From positions 71,951-135,950 of the forward strand of contig MCFE01000194.1 of the NCBI GenBank assembly GCA_002104905.1: DNA of 64,000 nt, read 5' to 3'. Shown piece after piece: positions 12,591-27,146 of this stretch. Each line of letters begins with the position of its first letter. The first letter of the stretch is position 1. Origin of the DNA: Basidiobolus meristosporus CBS 931.73. Its lineage: Eukaryota; Fungi; Basidiobolomycota. The notes beneath the pieces were generated by a model. It was not told the DNA's origin. It did no database searches and worked only from the letters and a program-made list of their open reading frames with translations. The position numbers and the translations under genes were made by a program.

Positions 12591-15140
12591 TGTTGCACAC
12601 ATACTTGAGCAGGTCAAACATACCAGCATATGTAGTATTTAGACATGTACAAACAGATCTTAGAAATTACCTACCAAGTTTCTTGCTGAGACTTATTTCA
12701 AATATCTTGACCAAAGCATCAGGGACACAAAACATGTAAATTTGATGTGATGTCTAAACTGCTCCAAGCTTAGCATCAATGTTCTTGGGATCTTCCTAAA
12801 TTTATCCTACATGTTTGTTTAGCCACAACTTTGTAAAAGTAGAATCACTAGTTTACATTCAATAAATCATCAGATGAAAGCCATATAATCTACTTGGTCT
12901 CTCAAACACTTGCAATATCTCTGAAGCTTTAACAACAGCTTATGAGCCCCAAGCTGTCACCCTTTTTAATATTGATTATTGCAATTAATGGCAACTTTTC
13001 CTCTACTTAAAATTTGGATGGATCTAATTACCAAGTGTAGAAAATAAAGATAAAGATGCGGCTGTAGGAAAGAGGACCTAATATTGTTATGGGACAAGAA
13101 TGCTCTCTTTAAAACATTGGTGGCAAAACTTTAAGGTACCACAACAAGGAGCAAAGTCCCTTTAACAATATATTTACAAATTGCTAATTCAATGCTCAGG
13201 TACAAATATGCCAAAGAATACCTTGAGGGCATTGGCACCTACAAAATATGCTCAACTACTAAGTAGATGCATCTCAGACCAAAGTTCTTACTACAAGTAT
13301 GCTTTCAACAGAAGATATGGGAATTATAACAAGCAGATTTACTCTGTTAGTTTATAAGGTGGAATCAGCTGGCACACCAACTGCTGATGAAGATGTGCTA
13401 GCTACCCTCCTGAATAGCCTGACCAACAAAGTTTAAGGTCTTGTGTGAGCCCTAGAGTCCAGAACTGAAGATATAAACTTGTATTATATATACCAAAGAT
13501 GGCTGGATGTGGAACAGCAAAAATTAAGAGCAAATAAAAAGGAGGAAAGAATGCTTTAATAGACAATGATAACCAACAAAAGAGATACTTAAGAACCTTC
13601 AAATGCAACAGTAACCTTTCTTGCAGCTATAGTAAAATGAAAAAACCCACTTCAGTCTAGTGCTTTAAGACAAGGGATGATCAGTAGAAATGCCTAAATT
13701 TGCAAATGCTTCAACAACTGAAGATACCCAGTTAACATCTGCTCCAAATATGACAACAAGCAAGGATTCTCAAAAATAGTATATTGACTGTAGAGAATCT
13801 CAGCACTTTATACACCAAAAAGGACTTTTGACCTAATGTGAAGAAACTTCAATCAAGATGGTCTTGATGGGTGACAATAGAGTGTTTGATATAGTTTGTC
13901 ACAGATCTATTTATGTAAACTTTGGGAGCATTGAAGGAAGCCATGCATCTACCTTCAAAGAAGTACTCTTTATACTAGAGATAGCTAAGAACCTAATGTA
14001 TGTAAGCAAGGCCACAACAGAAGGGCTCAGTTTCAGCTTTGCTAATTCTGAATGCATGATCACCAATCCATTGGTGCTTACTTTGTTGTGGTACTACAGA
14101 GCAGAGTCTACACAGATTGAATTATATTGCAATATATGTAGGAGTCAACACAAGCAATCAAATAAAGATGCACTTATGCTTTGGCACAGGTTATTCAGAC
14201 ACATCAAGTTCGAGAATGTATATGAAAGATACTTGAGATGAGCTAAACTTTGGAGTAAAATTTGACTGTCAGCTAATTTGAAGCATGCTGAAGCTTGCAT
14301 GTGTGAGAAACAAGCCAGACAACCACTCAAGAGCTCTGTATTGATCCAATCCAAAGAAACAGAGATCTATTTACTCAGATCTTTGTGGATCTATATAAAA
14401 TGTTTCCTCATATGGAATGGAGTAGATGATCACATCTACTGATGAATGTACATGTTACATGTTGGTCTACCTTACGGAACAAAAGGAAGGAGCATTCTTC
14501 AAGCTCAGGAAGGATAAAGCTATTGTGAATGGAGAATCTCTGAAAAAAATTAACAGAACCTGTCCTGATAGTTGTGAAGAATATTCCTCAAAACTCTGCA
14601 TCTACTTCTGCAAATTATATGGGATAAAGCCAGACATAACCATATCATACTTGCCACAGCTAAGTAAGGTGTTAAAATGTGCAAGCATATCACCACTAGA
14701 TGTGGTATGATATATGCTACACAACCCATATTTATTCAAAGATTTTTGGGTTGGATCACCTGCTACAGCTATGTAGCCCACAAATAGGAGGTAAAGTAAA
14801 GTATTTGTGAATCTGCGCTGTTTGAGGCACTGTATGGCTATAAACATATGCAGAGCACCTGAAGTTACTTAGTGGCACAGCATAAGCTAAGAAACTGCCA
14901 AGAAATAAATCAAATTTGAGCAAAGAATTGCAACATGCATATTTTGGGTTACTGCAATGAGGACATATGAACAGACTGTACAATTTCAAAGGAAGGAAGC
15001 TAGTTATATTCGGTGATGTGTAGCTTAATAAAGATACAAGATCCCTATAACAAAAGACATCAGGTGATGACAAATATTCAATCTTAAGTGCACCAGTGGT
15101 CAGCATTGAATCAGAGCAAAACCCAGGAATATCCCGTAAG
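12591..15140 (+). mobile_element. Heavily decayed Copia family B: 5' LTR (12,591-12,937), PBS (12,938-12,950), gag, protease, integrase
   Basis: LTR ends AACAACA followed by GCTTATGAGCCCC; ORF 13858-14241 matches the protease region (FKEVLFILEIAKNLMYVSKATTEGLSFSF). Right end approximate. Confidence 0.8.
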
Positions 15141-18100
15141 TGACATAGAGATAGAGTATACAGCAGCTTGTGAAGCTACAAAAGCTGAAACATGAATGCT
15201 GTCTTGAAGATATATCTGGTTTTACCTTGATTTGGTTGTGCCCTGACATAAGGTCAATCTTGCTGAATATGCTGGCATCATCAAGCTAGTCCAAAAGCTC
15301 ATCAATCCAAGGTATCTTGTACTTATTCTTCATGGTCACTGGTTTTAGTGCTCAGTAGTCAATGCAAATACTGAGTGTTACATCCTTCTCCCTTGCCAAA
15401 AGTGTTGATGCTCTGCATAGTGACTTGCTGGGCATAATCTATCCATGTTCAAAGAATCGATCCATTATTCACTTCAATGCTTCCAGTTCTAATGGACTCA
15501 TTCACTATGATGTCTTGCTCCCAGGAGGGCTACCCCTATGTTATTAGTATGCTGAGCACTGCTGACTGGTGGTATCTTTACTAGATCATGTGCAAGCATG
15601 TTTTAATAGGTCTGCAAAAGAATTTCCAAATTCCAGGGATCTTGGCAGAGAATGCTCCTTTCATAGTGCTACAAGGAGCATATGTGAACCTTTTTTAAAT
15701 GCCCTGGAGGACTGAGTCTGGTTGACATCTCTGGTACTAAGCTCACAGGATCTAAGCAAGTTGTAGTCCAGTCCATTAGACTGTGACTCATAATCTTACT
15801 GTCCTTTTGAATCTGAGTGGCATAGCTGTTCAATTGAATGATGAAATAAAACAGAATAGCCATGCTTTTCCATGCAAATGGTCAGGCTTGTGGTTACCAA
15901 ATATGATGGCATTAAGGTTCTTTCCATAATCATTGGTCATCATTATGAAAGGCTGAGTGAGACAGCTGATTGTGCAGAAATTCCCATTTGCTGATAAGTC
16001 CAGAGTACATTTGGTGGGTTCTGAGTTGTATCCTGCTTTCAAGGCAGATTTGCCAAACATATACTCATATGATGCTCCTGAGTATATCATGATTTTGGCA
16101 GATGCTCTATGGATTGCTTCATGCTAGTATTGCAGCTTTTGTGTTTTTAGGGTCATTTTGTTCAATTATTCTATGATTATGTAAATAAAGAGCAAGTTTG
16201 TTCTGTGTTAATCCCCTACTTTACTTTGCTCCAGGGCTTCAATATGGTCAGATGTTTGACTAGACCATTTTCCATTACTTGTTTGCAGGCAGTATGTTGA
16301 GCTATATCTGTCAAAATATTCAAGAGATATGTTGGAAGTGAAATTGAGAACCAGAAGATTTGCATGATATTCACTTCTTGATTTAGTGAGTTGCAGAACA
16401 GTATTTATACTTATTGCAAACTATATATATGTAGCTATTTGCTCATCATTAGGGGAGTATTAGGAGTACATATGCTAAGTTGCAGCTCATTGGGACATAT
16501 TTCAGTTTTTGCTAAAAATCCGTACTTCACTATTTCCTAATGATTAGCAAATATCTTACAAACTTATTTTCTAGTTAATATTCTGAGTTATGTCATATAT
16601 GTAGGTGCTAGTTCATAATATATTAATAATTAGGTAGACTCCTGATTATTTCAACACTCCCACTCACATGATATATCCATATAGATACAAACTTGCTGTG
16701 GAGTTGTGTATTTTCTGGTTGAAATTAAACCTGCACATAACCATCTAGCCTACATAGTATAACTTACCTTCTGAGACAACTCCTTCAGCATCAGAGGCTT
16801 CTTCAATGTAGGCAAGCCAAATTCACTGTTTTGGTTAACTTAGTCATGGCACTGGTCAATCATGACTCTATAGTTGCTCTTGTGGGGCATTACAGTCATG
16901 CATTACAGTCATCCCTTGTGGCTGCTGGCTGAGAGTCTGCAGCAACTGTTGATGTTGGATTGGATTTGCAGTATACTTTGCTCTGATACCATAAAATTGG
17001 CAGTGTATTTAGACCAATGAGAATTAGCAACTAGCAGGATTTACTGTCAGAGTACTTGTTTGATGAGAACGCATAGAGTGCCATAGCTAAAGCATTGTTT
17101 CTCATACTGCTATAAGTCTCATTACATCAGTTCTAGAGGAATAGGGAGCTTGGTTCTATTGTTCTCACTAAACTAGGACAAAATTATGTTAAGGTACCAG
17201 CAGGTCCTTTTTTACAGTCTATTTTATCAAGTACTGACTTATTGCATTTACAGTTATGATCTGCTGCTTGGATGTAGATGAGCTTACTGGCAAAAGGCAC
17301 TACTTCTACTGAAGCCCCCATGTCATGAACTGTAGAAATGGTGAAGATCCCACTAATAATAGAAGCAAAAAAATCAAGCCTGAGAGGTGCATTACAATAC
17401 CTTAATTGAAGTTCTAGGACAATATTGTGCACACAAAGAGGCTCTGGCAATTCTTCAACAGCTGTGCCTAGGCAAACACATGTGAGTATTGCATATATTA
17501 ACAAATTGATTGCAGAATAGGTGACCAGTTGAGCAGTGCTGGCTGCTGACCAAGATCTATGGGAGCCTGTCACCTAGGAATGGCTTAAAGCTGCAGTTCA
17601 CCTGCTAAAGGAAAGGAAGTAAAGATGGTGACACTTACTGAATGGAGCACTTTAAACAAGTTATAGGCTGAGTGCAAGCTTGGCCTCAAGGTTTTAGCTA
17701 TAGGGACTCAGAAAGATCAATAAAACTTAGTATAGACCTATGTGTGAAAATTCATTAGAAATTAATCAATCTGCAGGCATTGAAAATAAGAATGCCAATC
17801 AGGTCAGTAAGTGAAAAGTGTAAAAAGTAGGCAATATCCAATCATTGTAAACATGCACAGGAGATATATAAGTACTCATGTTCAAATTGTGAGGGAAAAG
17901 GCAGAGAGCCAATCAAAAGCAACTTTAGAGTTATTCAGATGACATATTTTTGCAAAAATCGGGGTAATCTTGGTAGCAATTTCTTTCTGATAATATGAAC
18001 ATAGTTTTGTAGTGGTAAAAATAACTCATTACCTTAGGATTCAGCTCCAATGCTGGCATTTTGACAGATTGTCTCTATCATTCTCAAAGGGATAGTGATG

Positions 18101-21100
18101 ACCTTGGGTATTGTTTGTAAGCTGAAATTAGTCTCTTTCCACGTTTCAGGTTGAGAGTTACTATAACAAAAATGCTCAGATCTAGAGCTAAAGAGCCAGA
18201 CTTGCTTGATGCAGCTTATGATGAATATTGTAGTCAGAAGTACCCCTTTGTAACCTCCAGGATTTCAACAATGAATAGATCCTGTAAATCAGGCACACAG
18301 TAACTGTATCAGACCATAGGGATATATTTAAGCCTTCAAGCATTTAGGATCTGAGCTTAATCTGCAAACCCATTGGGCTTATGGTGATATGCATCCTGCT
18401 TGATATCCCCATTAAGATGTTCAGTTTTAACATGCATTGTATCATTAAAAGCTTATATCTGGCTGAAAAAGCCAATTTGACCAGATTTAGTTAAACTTGC
18501 TGTTAGTGCTAAGGATTCAGTGTAACTATTCATCTGAGACTTTTTGGCTTAGATATAAGCTTAAATCTATTCAGTGTGTGTTGCACCTGCTCTGGGTATT
18601 TTGGAGATGAGTGGGATAGAAGTATATTATGTATTTCTCACTTACTGACCTAAGCAATGTAATGTTCAGGTATTGGATAAACTAGGGCCATTCAGCAGCT
18701 GAGTAGTTACTTCACAATTGTTGACTAGTTTCAGTCACTAAAGAACTCATTTGGTACCCTAGTTTTACCACTTTTCTCTAGATCTGTGACCCTACAATAA
18801 TATCCCTGCTGTAAAGATGAAATCAGCACTTTTACCAAGAATCATGTATTGGCTTGGAAGCTGTGAAAATATGCTCTCAAGTAGTGAGGGAGCCCTCTAT
18901 TGGAGAGTTAAGACTGTGTCACATTTTTGAAGATATGAAAGCCTGGCCTACTCAAAAGGTCAGGAGGGGGAGAGAAAGGCCTTTAATGTTGTATATTTTT
19001 ACAACAGAATTCCTTTACAGGACACATTTATGCTTTTAATACAGCCAAATCAGCCTATGCTTTCTGGGGATGCTCTGTAGAGTATGCCAACCATTGAGCA
19101 AACCTTATTTAAAAAGAAAATTTTTCATACATATGGAAGAAGCCTGAGGGTGATATGCTACAGCTCATAACCAAAACAGGGAAACTTACAAAAGTTACCT
19201 AGGGTATTGATGTAGGTGCCAATGAAGAAAATATAATCTGACCACTTTGCAGATTACTGGATGAGTATGAATAACTCCCATTCTTATATGAGGGCCAAGA
19301 AGACAGCTTAAGCTTTGACTCTTCAAATCAAGACTTCATTATGTAGTGCTAAAGCATTATGACCAAGCAGAGCAAACTAAATATCATACTTTATTCAGAC
19401 CACATTAACATACAGAAAAGAAGGGAAAGCACCAGCAACTAAGAATACCTGATTGGTGTTCCAGCAGACTGAAGCCAAGGTGCAAGGCAGCAGAGTATAA
19501 CCAGAAACAAGCTCACAAAAGAAATAGAACAGGCAAACTGGGAAGAAACAAACAGATTTTTAAATGTAACTAGAACAAGCAAACCATCTTAATACAGTGG
19601 GCAGCTGTTTATAACAGTGTCAGGGAATGCAAGAAACAGTAATGAGGTATGGTGTATTAGCTTGCAGGTTTACTGCACAGTTGTGGTACAAAGGGGAGGC
19701 TCAGCAACTGAAATAATTTTGCCAAAAGTAAGATGTATCTATATATGTAACATTTTGCACTGCAAGTTAATGCATGTGAATCTACCCAACTATATACAAG
19801 TGACAGCTCAAGTGCCAAAAGTGAAAGACTTACAGACCTACATTGTGTACTCCATGCTAACTGAATGCAATGTCTGTAGCAATATTTATATGGTTGGCAA
19901 GCCTGGTAACAGTTAAACAGCACAGGAGGTGTTAACAACACCAGGACTCTTACTTTTGTACAAACAGCCACTTGTGGGTACATAATAGCACTGTCCTTTG
20001 TAGCCAAGCAATGTTTTATGGCAGTCATTGCTGACAATGAATGGTAGATATGGAAGAGCTTTCAAAGAGCAAAGGATCAAGCTTTGGAAGCTTTTAACAC
20101 TACAATATTTAACTTGCTGTGCAAACAAAACTTCAATCTGGCCTCAAGTATCTATAGAACTCTTGCCACAGTAAGATACACAGCCTCTCATTTGGTATTC
20201 TGCAGTTCAACTAATGTTAGTATACCTTGCTAGTTTCTTTATGTCAGAACACCTCTTATATATTACAATGCAAAGGTAAACATGATAAACTCAAATGTGT
20301 TGGAAGGCAAAGCACATGAACTATATTGAGAAAGGTCCCAGTAGCATTATTGCCAAGCATATGGTTTTTGTTCAGCCTAGAGAAGCCTCATTTTCTGGGT
20401 ATCTGATGCTTTGCAAAGTAATTATCTGTGAATTCCAACAAATATTTGAGCCAAATTCTCTAAGGTTTGTGGATTTGGATTTAAGTGACAATCCAGGAGA
20501 ATATATAGCCATTGAATACAAGATCCGGGACACTTCCACTGTGCTGTATATTTTACTGAGCTAATCACATACAAGCTTGTAGTTAATCAGGCTTCTCTAC
20601 AGCTAATGGTCATGTGAGTTTTTTTGCAATCTTTCCATATAGAGGAGAGTGAAAAGGTGTGGCTAAGTTGTTCTAATGCTATCCAGGTGAGACTTTATCT
20701 AAGATATATTTACTGAGCTCAAACATGAATTGTTGTATATGTACCAAAATATAAGCATCTATGGTGATGTTGCAATGAGAAAGTAGTGGAGGTTTTTGAC
20801 ATAAGCCACAATCATTAAGAGGAACTCTTAGCAGCATTACTGTTCATGTTACCTCCCAAGCTGCCTTATACTCTGCTTCTATGATATAAAAAGCTACAGT
20901 TGGTTCATTTCAATATCACAAAGCTGTATATTTTGCCCAACTGATAGAGCCCAAATTACAATGTCAATGAGTGTGCAGGGCTAGCTTTGATGTTTTTAGT
21001 TCAGACTGATGCAAGCCAACAGTAAAAGAGGCTTTGCAAAAGATTTAGGCCACCAGGCATCAAATTGTAGGAATTAAAGCATTATTTAGGCATGAAAGAT

Positions 21101-22421
21101 CTTACAAAAGATGGCATCAATGGTTCCATTGCTATTTTTGTGTGAAATACCACAGTAACATAGCCTTTGTGAGTGTAATGATGCAACAATATTGCTTTGG
21201 GGGTTCTTGTCATAACTCAGCAGCATAGAGTCATAGTCTTAGGGTTGTTTTATAATGCTCAATAGAAGCAGTAATTTGATTTTGAAAAGGAATCATTCTT
21301 TTAGCCACAGCTGTGATAACAGTGGCCAGCTTAAGGCTGCAAATGAGCTCCATGGTAGCTTAGACTTGTCTAAAGTGGTAAGTAAATTCTAGCTGCATCG
21401 CACTAAAAAATAGCACAGTATTGGAACAAACTTTAAATACATAGAAAGTAACTGCAGCCACTTAAATGTAAGTGGCACCGCAAAGCATGCTGGATATATT
21501 TCTGCAAGAGTACTTTTGGCATAAAGCAGTAAGCAAAGAAATACAGTTAGGCTTACAGTGGGCAAAATATGCTGGTCTAATTAGATAAGGCAGAAGGCAT
21601 GGCTGAGAATAGCAGAGAAGAGCTCAGGTGAGAACCATCAAGGCACAGCAGTATCTGAGGCAAGGTTACCTTTGTAGTGCATATGTTAACTTACAAGCTG
21701 AACGCAAAGGGTGTCAAGACTATATACAGTTATGTGAGTTGTTGGTACAATAGTGTTGCATTATAGTTTACCTGTTGAGTTGTGTAACTGAGGCTTTGCA
21801 ACAGAAAGACTTCCAAAATAGGGTGGTGTGCTAGTATATCAATTATGTGACCATAGTGCTTTCCTACTTCTACACTGAAGTATTTTGTTCCTGACTTGTT
21901 GGTACTTATTTTTCAATAGCAAATAGGCAAATTCTGCTGATCTACACTCTAGATACATATCTGAGATGAATTTCTGAGCTTTACCTCTCTCCCAGTGTCT
22001 TCAGTTTCAGTTTAGTAAAGCCTACTGCAAAAATGATTTCAAGCACATGGAATCATCAGTAGTACACCTTAAAATACGTTAGATGTTAGGCACATAATCT
22101 TAATGGTTAACCTAATCATTTTATAGTTTCTTTGTGGGAGAGTTTTAGCCCAGTATGGTGATGCCCCCTTGAAATTGACCTTGAGTCACCTCATTGGTAA
22201 TGGGTGAGACTTTGGCCTATAGCACTCAAGCTTTGACACTATCACTTGCTAGCAAAGATTTGGGTAGTATTTTAGGTTTGAGGTACTTTTGAAGGGCACA
22301 GCAGACTTGTCATTTTAATGTTTATCTGGATTGACTGTCTGATTCTAATCCACACCCCATATATCTAAAAGGTACATATCTGCTTGATAGTATTTTCCTT
22401 CATCAATTCTCTTGAATCTGC

Positions 22422-22788
22422 TATTATGATATGCCATTTGAAGGCATTGAATAAGATTGGCTTTTAGTTGAATCATTTGATACTTATATTAGCCTATCAG
22501 TATATTGGTGTACCTATGAAATCAGCAGCATTAATCAGCATACAAATCAGTATATTCTTTTCTGGCAGAAACAGATATATCAAGTAGGATCTGATTAGGT
22601 GACAATGATGCAATCAAACAAGTCATCAACCACTACCTACACTTGTAAATACAATTAATCTGCACTGGCTCTGCCAAAATGTAAATAAGAAGCTGCTGGA
22701 AACTATAAAAATCAGCTCAAGATTTAGTCTATTCAATACTGGCCAAGCTCCCTATTCCTTTAACACATTTATATCAAGAGTTGTAACA
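22422..22788 (+). repeat. LTR family C copy
   Basis: Inverted homolog of 7,230-7,597; ends TTGTAACA. Confidence 0.65.
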
Positions 22789-23813
22789 TATAACAGATAT
22801 ATATCAGCAGCCACATTCTACATCAAGTAATACAGTCAGTCAACACTTGCCAAGGCAAGATATCTTCATGGAGCTGCTTGAGTCTAAACAAAGATCAGTT
22901 ATAGTTTAGAAAGAATAATAGCAGCAAATCTCTCCATTGCTCTACATCATTTATATTAAGACTTGTAGCAGTACAATTAAATATGCTGCAGCTTTGGCAC
23001 TCTACTGATTCTCCTCAAACAAGTACTCTGAAAGCATATCCTAATAGCCCCTGATACTCATAGTCTGTAGTATATGCTAATTCTATGGAATCAGAGTAAA
23101 GCATATTGCCAATCCAGACTTGTTACAGCTCTACATTGTGGTATAGTTCTTGCAAGGAAGATAATGCTATCACTGCTGCCAATCTTAAAAGTCTTGGGAT
23201 CAGATTGTGGAGATATATGAAATTCTTATAGGTGGGCATGCACTAGAGCTATGTCTGCTGTTGAAGGAGGTTTTGAGCCTGCTGATGTAAGTCCATATTG
23301 GAAAAAGAAAGATATGGACATCAAACCACTGCAATAACTTGAGCTAAATTTCAGGTCTCTCAATGCTCCTAGCTCAAAATATATAAGGACTTGAAAAACA
23401 TGCAGACATATTTTCCAGGTAGAGACTGGGTGAATTAGTTAACATAGCTGCTTACTGTTTATACCAACATATGCTATAGAAGTATTATGGAAAGATGCTA
23501 TCTGACAGCCAACAAAGCACACAACTACCAGTACACCACCAGTAGATTATCCACTGAACCTATGGTTTAAGACTTGTAGTAGGGGTGTTGCTGGATAAAA
23601 TGCTACTGCAGCATCTTTTCAATGCAATAAGCGGCTGTTGACCCAGCAACAACCAGAATGTTGAATCCACTATGCTTCATGCAGCATATAGACTACTAGA
23701 TGAACCTCATTCTAAATTACTATAAATACACTGGCACATTGTAATACTGCTCTGTTGAATAGCTTCACATCTAGCTAAGGGTTCAACACAATGGCAGAGT
23801 ATATCTAATAGAC

Positions 23814-24120
23814 TGCTATAATCTACTGCATGAATGCTTAAGCTAGAGAAGTTTTTAGCCAAATCAATTAGTCTTATGCTTATCCTATCTGTATATTGGG
23901 GTTGTCCATCAAATCAGTAGTATTAGTCAGCAGATGAATCAGCAGATCTTTATCAGACAGAAATAGATATATCAAGTAGGATCTAACTGGATGACAATGA
24001 TGTACTCAAATGAATCACCAGCAACAACTTACATTAGGAAATAAAATCAATCAGCAATTGACATGAGTTAAAATCAGCTTTGTATGTAATTAGCTGCAAA
24101 GTACAAAGCTACTAGGCAGA
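23814..24120 (+). repeat. LTR family C copy, diverged and 3'-truncated
   Basis: Shares ATCAGCAGATCTTTATCAGACAGAAATAGATATATCAAGTAGGATCT-type core with 22,422-22,788. End approximate. Confidence 0.6.
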
Positions 24121-25399
24121 GTCGTTCTACCAGAGGATGTAATTACTATTCAAACTGATGTGTCTGGCTGTGAGACATGGCATCAGAGGTTAGGACATCA
24201 AGGCAACAAAAATATGCTAATTGGTAAAGAATTAGCTTGTTTTGTATCTTTGTTACACAACTCCAGCCTGATTTGATGTTGGTAAGAGCTGTTTGCATGG
24301 CAAGCAAGTTAGGCAGTGCTAAAGCAGCTCAGGAGGCACCAATACCACCAAGTACTGGCTTTTAGCCCCAAGTAGCACTGTGTAATGCTTATTAAATATA
24401 TGCCAATGCATAGTGATATGTACTTTGACAATGGAGGCAGTAACCTCTCTAAGGAGTTTGCCGGGTACTGCTCACCTGCAGGTACACTGCAACAAACACA
24501 GTTCCACATACACTGCAGTAAGATGTGGTGGTTCAACATTTAGTATTACATAGTAGAGATTGGAAGGTTTATGCAACATAATATGGGGATGGACCACAAG
24601 TAAAAAGCTGAATCCATTGTTACTGCTAAACACACTAACCATTTCTACCTTACAGCAGTGCTACATAATTTTCATCCTCTGCAGTCTATGTAGAAACAGA
24701 ATCAGACCTTCAGCACCTTAACACTATTAGCATTGATGCATTTGTTGCACCACTGGCCAAAGATCCCCAGAGCTGTAGCCACAGAATAGAAAAGGGAGTT
24801 CTCCTGAGTATTGTGAAAGAATCAAGGGGTGCAGAGTACATAGTGCAGAGAGATTCTGGTCAAATATTGGTCTTGTATATAGCTGGCTTTGGCTATAAAG
24901 GCAACAGTATTGACTTGCTCTGCAGGCTAGGCTTGGTGCTCTTGAGAGTGCCATATATGCTATGCTTGGGTAGAAAATAGTACAGAACTGTAGAATTCTT
25001 ATTTTTGCTGAGACACAATCTTAATTTTGTTGCAACACTTATAAAACCAAAAGGCTCAGTAGGCTTTATTTATTCCTTTCTGATCAAGCTGAGTTAGTAA
25101 GCACCAAGATATTGACTATTTGAAATCAGTCTGGATGTTGAAAGTCACTACCATGGGTATTTGACATATGGTTCAAATCAACAAACTAACATAACCTCCT
25201 GCTTACCAACCTCTAAATACACATACACCCATTACAAAAGACACACTTGCATTGCCCCAATGTTACAGCTTTTCAGTGTAATACTTGCAAAGGTACTATT
25301 TAACTTGAATTGCTGGTACCACATTTATCTTGCAAACTTATGCTCAGTTGCCTCCATTTTTGTCATGAGTAACTTTTGACTCTCTGTAAAGAGCCTTTG

Positions 25400-26217
25400 G
25401 GTATTTAGCCAATGTATTCCTTCTCTCTGCAGGACTCTAGTCCCTCTTACTGATGCACTCTGGCTCTTGTTTGTGTGAATTCCATACTAAATGGAGCAGC
25501 TACTGGCTTGTGACCAAGAGAAACCAGCATACATTGGTAAAGTTGTCCTGATGAAGATCAGTTGTATGTTATGCCAAACACTACTGTACAAAACTTATCT
25601 GTTTACCCACACATTGGAGCTTCTTTGCTTCTTAATGCCAAGGGCATAGGTGTCTCTATGTGCCCATCTGTCCTCAGTATTTTTCAACTCTCCCTGGCTG
25701 TCCTCTAGATGCTAACTCAGTATATCTATAATAGAGCTCAAGGTAATATTCTTGGTGGGATTGCAATATGTTAGTACTTGCAACTTGACTTGTCTTTCTA
25801 TCTCCTCACACATCTACTCCATAGAAAACTCCCAAAAAATGAAACAAGTTCAAATATTCTCCACACACCAAGTAAGATGGAGTAGAGAATGGATACAATA
25901 GCACCAGAGATCTATCTGTTCAGCTTTATTCTTTTTTTATAGCAGCTCAAATCCCATCACAAACTCCTTGCATAATGCTGTAATAAGTACTTTCCCTATA
26001 AAAGTTTTTTGGTCCCATAAGTGGAACCAATCAGGATCTACTGTCAAGATCCAAGCAGGAGCCTGCAATAATACCAGCAGCCTGGAATTAATGACCATCT
26101 ACACAATGATGTGACAGGATCACAACAGCATTTTGCTAATATTACAGTCAAATAGAGTTGATAAAATATAACGGTGTTTATGACATGTTTTGCCAAGAGT
26201 GGCCTGGCATTGTTGCA
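25400..26217 (-). mobile_element. CACTA/tnp2-type transposase C-terminal remnant
   Basis: Minus-strand translation LCKEFVMGFELL*...CIHSLLHLTWCVENI*TCFIFWEFSME*MC fits the fungal CACTA motif FE.LYY...IH.LLH...GP...W.FPMER.C. Confidence 0.7.
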
Positions 26218-27146
26218 GTCTTCAAGACAAAATACAAGGCTGATGGTACAGTTGAAAGATACAAAGCAAGACTTGTGGGCAAAGGATACTCTCAAACAAA
26301 AGGACTTGACTATACTAAGACCTTTGCACTGGTAGCTAAATTTAATTTCATCAGATTAATTTTGGCTATTGCATCCAAATATAAGTTTTTTATTCATCAA
26401 ATGGATGTAAAACTGCATTTTCAAATGAAGAGCCTGATGAGGACATGTGTATGGACCAGCCTGATGGGTTTGTTGACCAAGATAACCCCCATTTGGTCTG
26501 CAAGCTTAAAAAGTCACTATATGGTCTCAAACAATCACCAAGAGCCTGGAATTGAAAGATAGATTTGTGTTCGGAATCTCTGAGTTTCAACAGGAGTAAT
26601 GATGACTATAGTATATACTATAAGCCAGATTGAGCAAATCCAGCTCTATTAGCTCTATATGTGGATGATCTTATTATAGCCATCAACAACCTGGCAACAT
26701 TGGAAGAGACTAAATACAGCCTATCTAAGGAGTTCAAGATGTACAATCTGGGAGAACTCAGTAACTACTTAGGGATTAAGTTCTGCATAGACAGAAGTAC
26801 CCAGACTATTACCCTAGGTCAATCCAAGTATATTAAAGATATACTAAGGAAGTACCAAATGGAAGACTATAAACCGGCAGCTACCCCAATGGAGACAAAC
26901 CTTAACTTGGTTAAAACTCAACCAAATCAAGAGCGCTTGGTGCCATCTGAAAGCCCTGACTTTTCTTATCAATCTATGGTTGACAATCTGATGTATACCA
27001 TGCTTGGAACACGTCCAGATATCTCATATTCAGTGGGAGTTGTCAGCTAGCATAATCAGAACTATGGATCTGATCATATTGCAGCAGTTAAGCGGATTTT
27101 TAGATACCTTGAAGGAGCTGCGGATATCTGCTTAAGATGCACTAAT
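26218..27146 (+). mobile_element. Copia family B reverse-transcriptase fragment
   Basis: KYKADGTVERYKARLVGKGYSQTKGLDY, HQMDVK, LYVDDLII, RPDISYSVGVVS; truncated by the LTR at 27,147. Confidence 0.88.

Noticed and set aside
15140-22400. Possible LINE or other element remnants
   Set aside because: No diagnostic motif could be read in any frame; too decayed to assign.
22422-24120. Two direct family-C LTRs ~1 kb apart as a TRIM-like element
   Set aside because: No PBS, PPT or TSD, and the copies are very divergent; more likely independent remnants.
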